Assembly (NCBI GenBank): GCA_949283525.1
Contig: CASDSK010000043.1
Span: 1,113 to 65,112, forward strand
Direction: 5' to 3'
Length of the DNA stretch: 64,000 nt
DNA from: an uncultured Eubacteriales bacterium
GTDB taxonomy: Bacteria > Bacillota > Clostridia > Christensenellales > UBA1242
Made by a program: the position numbers and the translations under genes. A model generated the notes under the pieces. That model made no database searches. It worked only from the letters and a program-made list of their open reading frames with translations, and was not told the DNA's origin. This document shows, piece after piece, positions 61,761 to 64,000 of the stretch (its first letter is position 1; every line of letters begins with the position of its first letter).

Positions 61761-62612
61761 TTAACAATAATATTTTAGTTTGGATATTTTTTCACTTAAC
61801 ATCCAAAACTTTTCACCCATTTCCTTATTCGCTACAACGCTTGGGGCTTCGACAGGCTTTGAATTTTTGTAGCAAATACTTGTGTATGTTTTAAGGTTAA
61901 CCAAAGCAATTATTGTATTTTGTATACTTTCAAATTCGGTAGGTTTATTAAGTAATTTTGCTAACTTACCTTGCTCTTTCTCTGTATTTAACTCATTGTC
62001 ATCAACTACATCTCTAGAATGATACAACAACCCAATCACCTTGTTTTCACCAACATTATATCGCTCATTAAATTGTCCTACCATCAATGCATTAGCAAAT
62101 TTAGCCTGTCTTAATGCACTTTGAGCCGAATATGCCTTCTCTCTATACAAATCATTAAAGTTTATAGGCAATAATTGATTTTGTTGCAAAGTTGGACAAA
62201 TTATTTTACTACCTTGTTCTTTTTGTAGAAAATCTATTAGTGATTCACATATAAATATATTAGTCAAATAATTTTCAAAGAAAGTTTTTTCAATTCCATC
62301 TTCGTTTAATTCAAATTGTGGATAAATGCTTTCTTGATTACAAATTATAGAATAAATTGAATCAAATTTATATTTAGTAGCCAATAATTTTACATTCAAG
62401 ACTATTTGTCTTAAACTGCTTATGCTATCAAAATTCCCTACAAAAGTTTCTATTTGTGCATAGTCATACCTATGCATAACGGTTTTGTAGACCATTTCAG
62501 CATCTTTAGCATTTTTTGTTATGGCTATAACAAAATAACCTAGTCTACACAATTCTATAACCATATCAAGTCCATATCTTTTTATTGGTTCTGTAACAAT
62601 AACTACTTTCAT
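61761..62612 (-). CDS. Rossmann/SDR-like protein with a degenerate cofactor motif
   Basis: MKVVIVTEPIKRYG sits where TGxxxGxG would be. Otherwise weakly SDR-like. Confidence 0.35.
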   Translation of the reverse strand: MKVVIVTEPIKRYGLDMVIELCRLGYFVIAITKNAKDAEMVYKTVMHRYDYAQIETFVGNFDSISSLRQIVLNVKLLATKYKFDSIYSIICNQESIYPQFELNEDGIEKTFFENYLTNIFICESLIDFLQKEQGSKIICPTLQQNQLLPINFNDLYREKAYSAQSALRQAKFANALMVGQFNERYNVGENKVIGLLYHSRDVVDDNELNTEKEQGKLAKLLNKPTEFESIQNTIIALVNLKTYTSICYKNSKPVEAPSVVANKEMGEKFWMLSEKISKLKYYC

Positions 62613-62639
62613 TTTTTGTACCTATCCGTATTAATTATT

Positions 62640-63566
62640 TTAATTATTTCCATTATTTTTTTTAATATTATTTTTTGGTAAAGCAGGTTTTGGAGGTAAT
62701 TTAGGGTTCTTAATTTGTTTACTATTTTCTTCTGGTGTCTTATTCTCAACTGCTTTATTTATAACTGTATTCATTTGTCTTGCTTTGTTTTTTTGTTCGT
62801 TGGTTAATTTTTCTATGTCTTTAGCGTTATTGTTGTATTTAATCCTTCGCCTTTCTATCACATATCCCCTAATTGCCCAAATCAACAAAATTAGCAAAAT
62901 TACGCTTATTACAATGCCTACAATTATAATTATAATTTTATAATTAAATAAAGCACTATCTTTTTGTAACAAAATAATAAATCCATCACTTTCTACATTA
63001 TCGATTTCCAAAATCATTTTGTTATTAGAAATTGAAGAATTTACATTCTTAATATTATAATCAAAATCATTTTCAAAATAAGTATAATCTCCACTTAAAA
63101 CAGCGTTCTCAATAGGTTCACTAAATTTTACAAACATAGCACAATATTCATCATTGTCGATATTACTTATTTCTCCTTCAATATCTAATATAACTGTTAT
63201 AGATTTCACCTTTTGATAATCATTAAATCTTTCTTCATTGACTCTAAGACTATAATATAATAGATTAGAAAGTTTGTAATTTGTGTTAAGCTCTTTATGA
63301 GTTTGCGACAAAATATTATTTCTAGCATTACTTGATAAAATATTGTTAAATATAGTTTCATTGCTTGCTAAAATATTAAAATCTAAAGATACTTTAGAAC
63401 TATCGAAGTCATCTACAAAATTGACACGAAAATTTTGATAAACTGTTTTACTTACTGAAGTATTACAAGTAGTTGTTGTAATTAATACACTTAATGCACA
63501 AAAAACAACACTTAACTTACAAAAAAACAATGTTAAATAATTTTTAACTTGCAATATCTTTCGCAT
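62640..63566 (-). CDS. type I membrane protein, unknown function
   Basis: N-terminal signal, C-proximal TM IIIIVGIVISVILLILLIWAI, basic Pro/Lys tail. Confidence 0.4.
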   Translation of the reverse strand: MRKILQVKNYLTLFFCKLSVVFCALSVLITTTTCNTSVSKTVYQNFRVNFVDDFDSSKVSLDFNILASNETIFNNILSSNARNNILSQTHKELNTNYKLSNLLYYSLRVNEERFNDYQKVKSITVILDIEGEISNIDNDEYCAMFVKFSEPIENAVLSGDYTYFENDFDYNIKNVNSSISNNKMILEIDNVESDGFIILLQKDSALFNYKIIIIIVGIVISVILLILLIWAIRGYVIERRRIKYNNNAKDIEKLTNEQKNKARQMNTVINKAVENKTPEENSKQIKNPKLPPKPALPKNNIKKNNGNN

Positions 63567-63637
63567 CTGCCCTCCAAATACACATTATTTTAACATAAAT
63601 AATAAAAAAAATAAAGCATATAATGACATTTTTTGCT

Positions 63638-64000
63638 TTATTTTTTGTAATCTAATAATAATTGGTCAATTCTTTTTACAACTCCACCAGCGCTATCAAA
63701 AAAAGAAACTTTGCCTAAGTTTTTTGAAATAACATTTTTGAGATAAACATAATGCGTACACCCCAAAACAACATTTTGAATATTTTTATCTTTAAAATAT
63801 TTTAATTTGCTTTCTAACACTTCATTCAGTTTTTTTTGATTGTCATAATATTTATCAATAATGCTTGATAAATTTGTTAAAGGCAAAAAATAAATATCTT
63901 TGTCATCTCTATACTTATGTAACAATTTAGAATAATGATAAGTCGCAGAAGTGGACATAACAAGGGTTTTACCTTCTGCTTCTTTCGCTTTTTTGACTGC
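63638..64000 (-). CDS. murI: glutamate racemase, C-terminal part (5' end lies beyond the right edge)
   Basis: VLGCTHYVYLK motif. The frame stays open upstream to the window edge (..AEGKTLVMSTSATYH..). Confidence 0.8.
   Translation of the reverse strand, partial: AVKKAKEAEGKTLVMSTSATYHYSKLLHKYRDDKDIYFLPLTNLSSIIDKYYDNQKKLNEVLESKLKYFKDKNIQNVVLGCTHYVYLKNVISKNLGKVSFFDSAGGVVKRIDQLLLDYKK

Noticed and set aside
61761-62612. SDR-like protein lacking the glycine-rich cofactor motif
   Set aside because: The similarity is too weak to interpret without a profile search. It may simply be a divergent Rossmann-fold protein.

Overview
Very AT-rich (roughly 25-30% G+C by eye) chromosomal segment from a low-GC Gram-positive-type bacterium. 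It uses the standard genetic code: TGG encodes Trp, and TAA, TAG and TGA all act as stops. Nearly all genes lie on the minus strand. Most of the window is core housekeeping: cysS, rnpB, ppa, ogg, recN, mfd, pth, tadA, rsmD, alr, rarA, nth, degV, hrcA-grpE-dnaK-dnaJ with a CIRCE operator, feoAB, a trmR/U32 pair, rnj, obg, murI and two tRNAs.

Three accessory patches stand out:
1. 1.2-7.8 kb: a MazF toxin module next to an orphan VirB3/VirB4-like ATPase that shares an operon with a >1000-aa Ig-domain surface protein.
2. 44.5-45.6 kb: two tandem, divergently transcribed HTH 'switch' modules. One half of each module is 134/135 nt identical between copies; the other half has diverged.
3. 49.0-60.1 kb, the best candidate for something new: a compact 11.2-kb phage-derived block between rnj and obg. 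It holds an ArpU/sigma-like regulator, large terminase, portal, scaffold, HK97-like capsid, four unknown structural-position ORFs and two holins. I find no integrase, replication genes, upstream small terminase, long-tail genes, receptor-binding protein or endolysin. This looks like a domesticated GTA-like or satellite-like short-tailed particle locus.

Other oddities:
- a tRNA-Leu whose anticodon reads AAG (A34);
- a GrpE with a Cys/Asp-rich N-terminal extension;
- a 28-aa-repeat gene and rsmD, each broken only by in-frame TAA codons;
- a frameshifted single-domain ABC-F-like remnant that keeps an intact uORF/terminator leader.

All calls rest on reading the sequence, the supplied ORF translations and remembered family motifs. 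No database search was possible.
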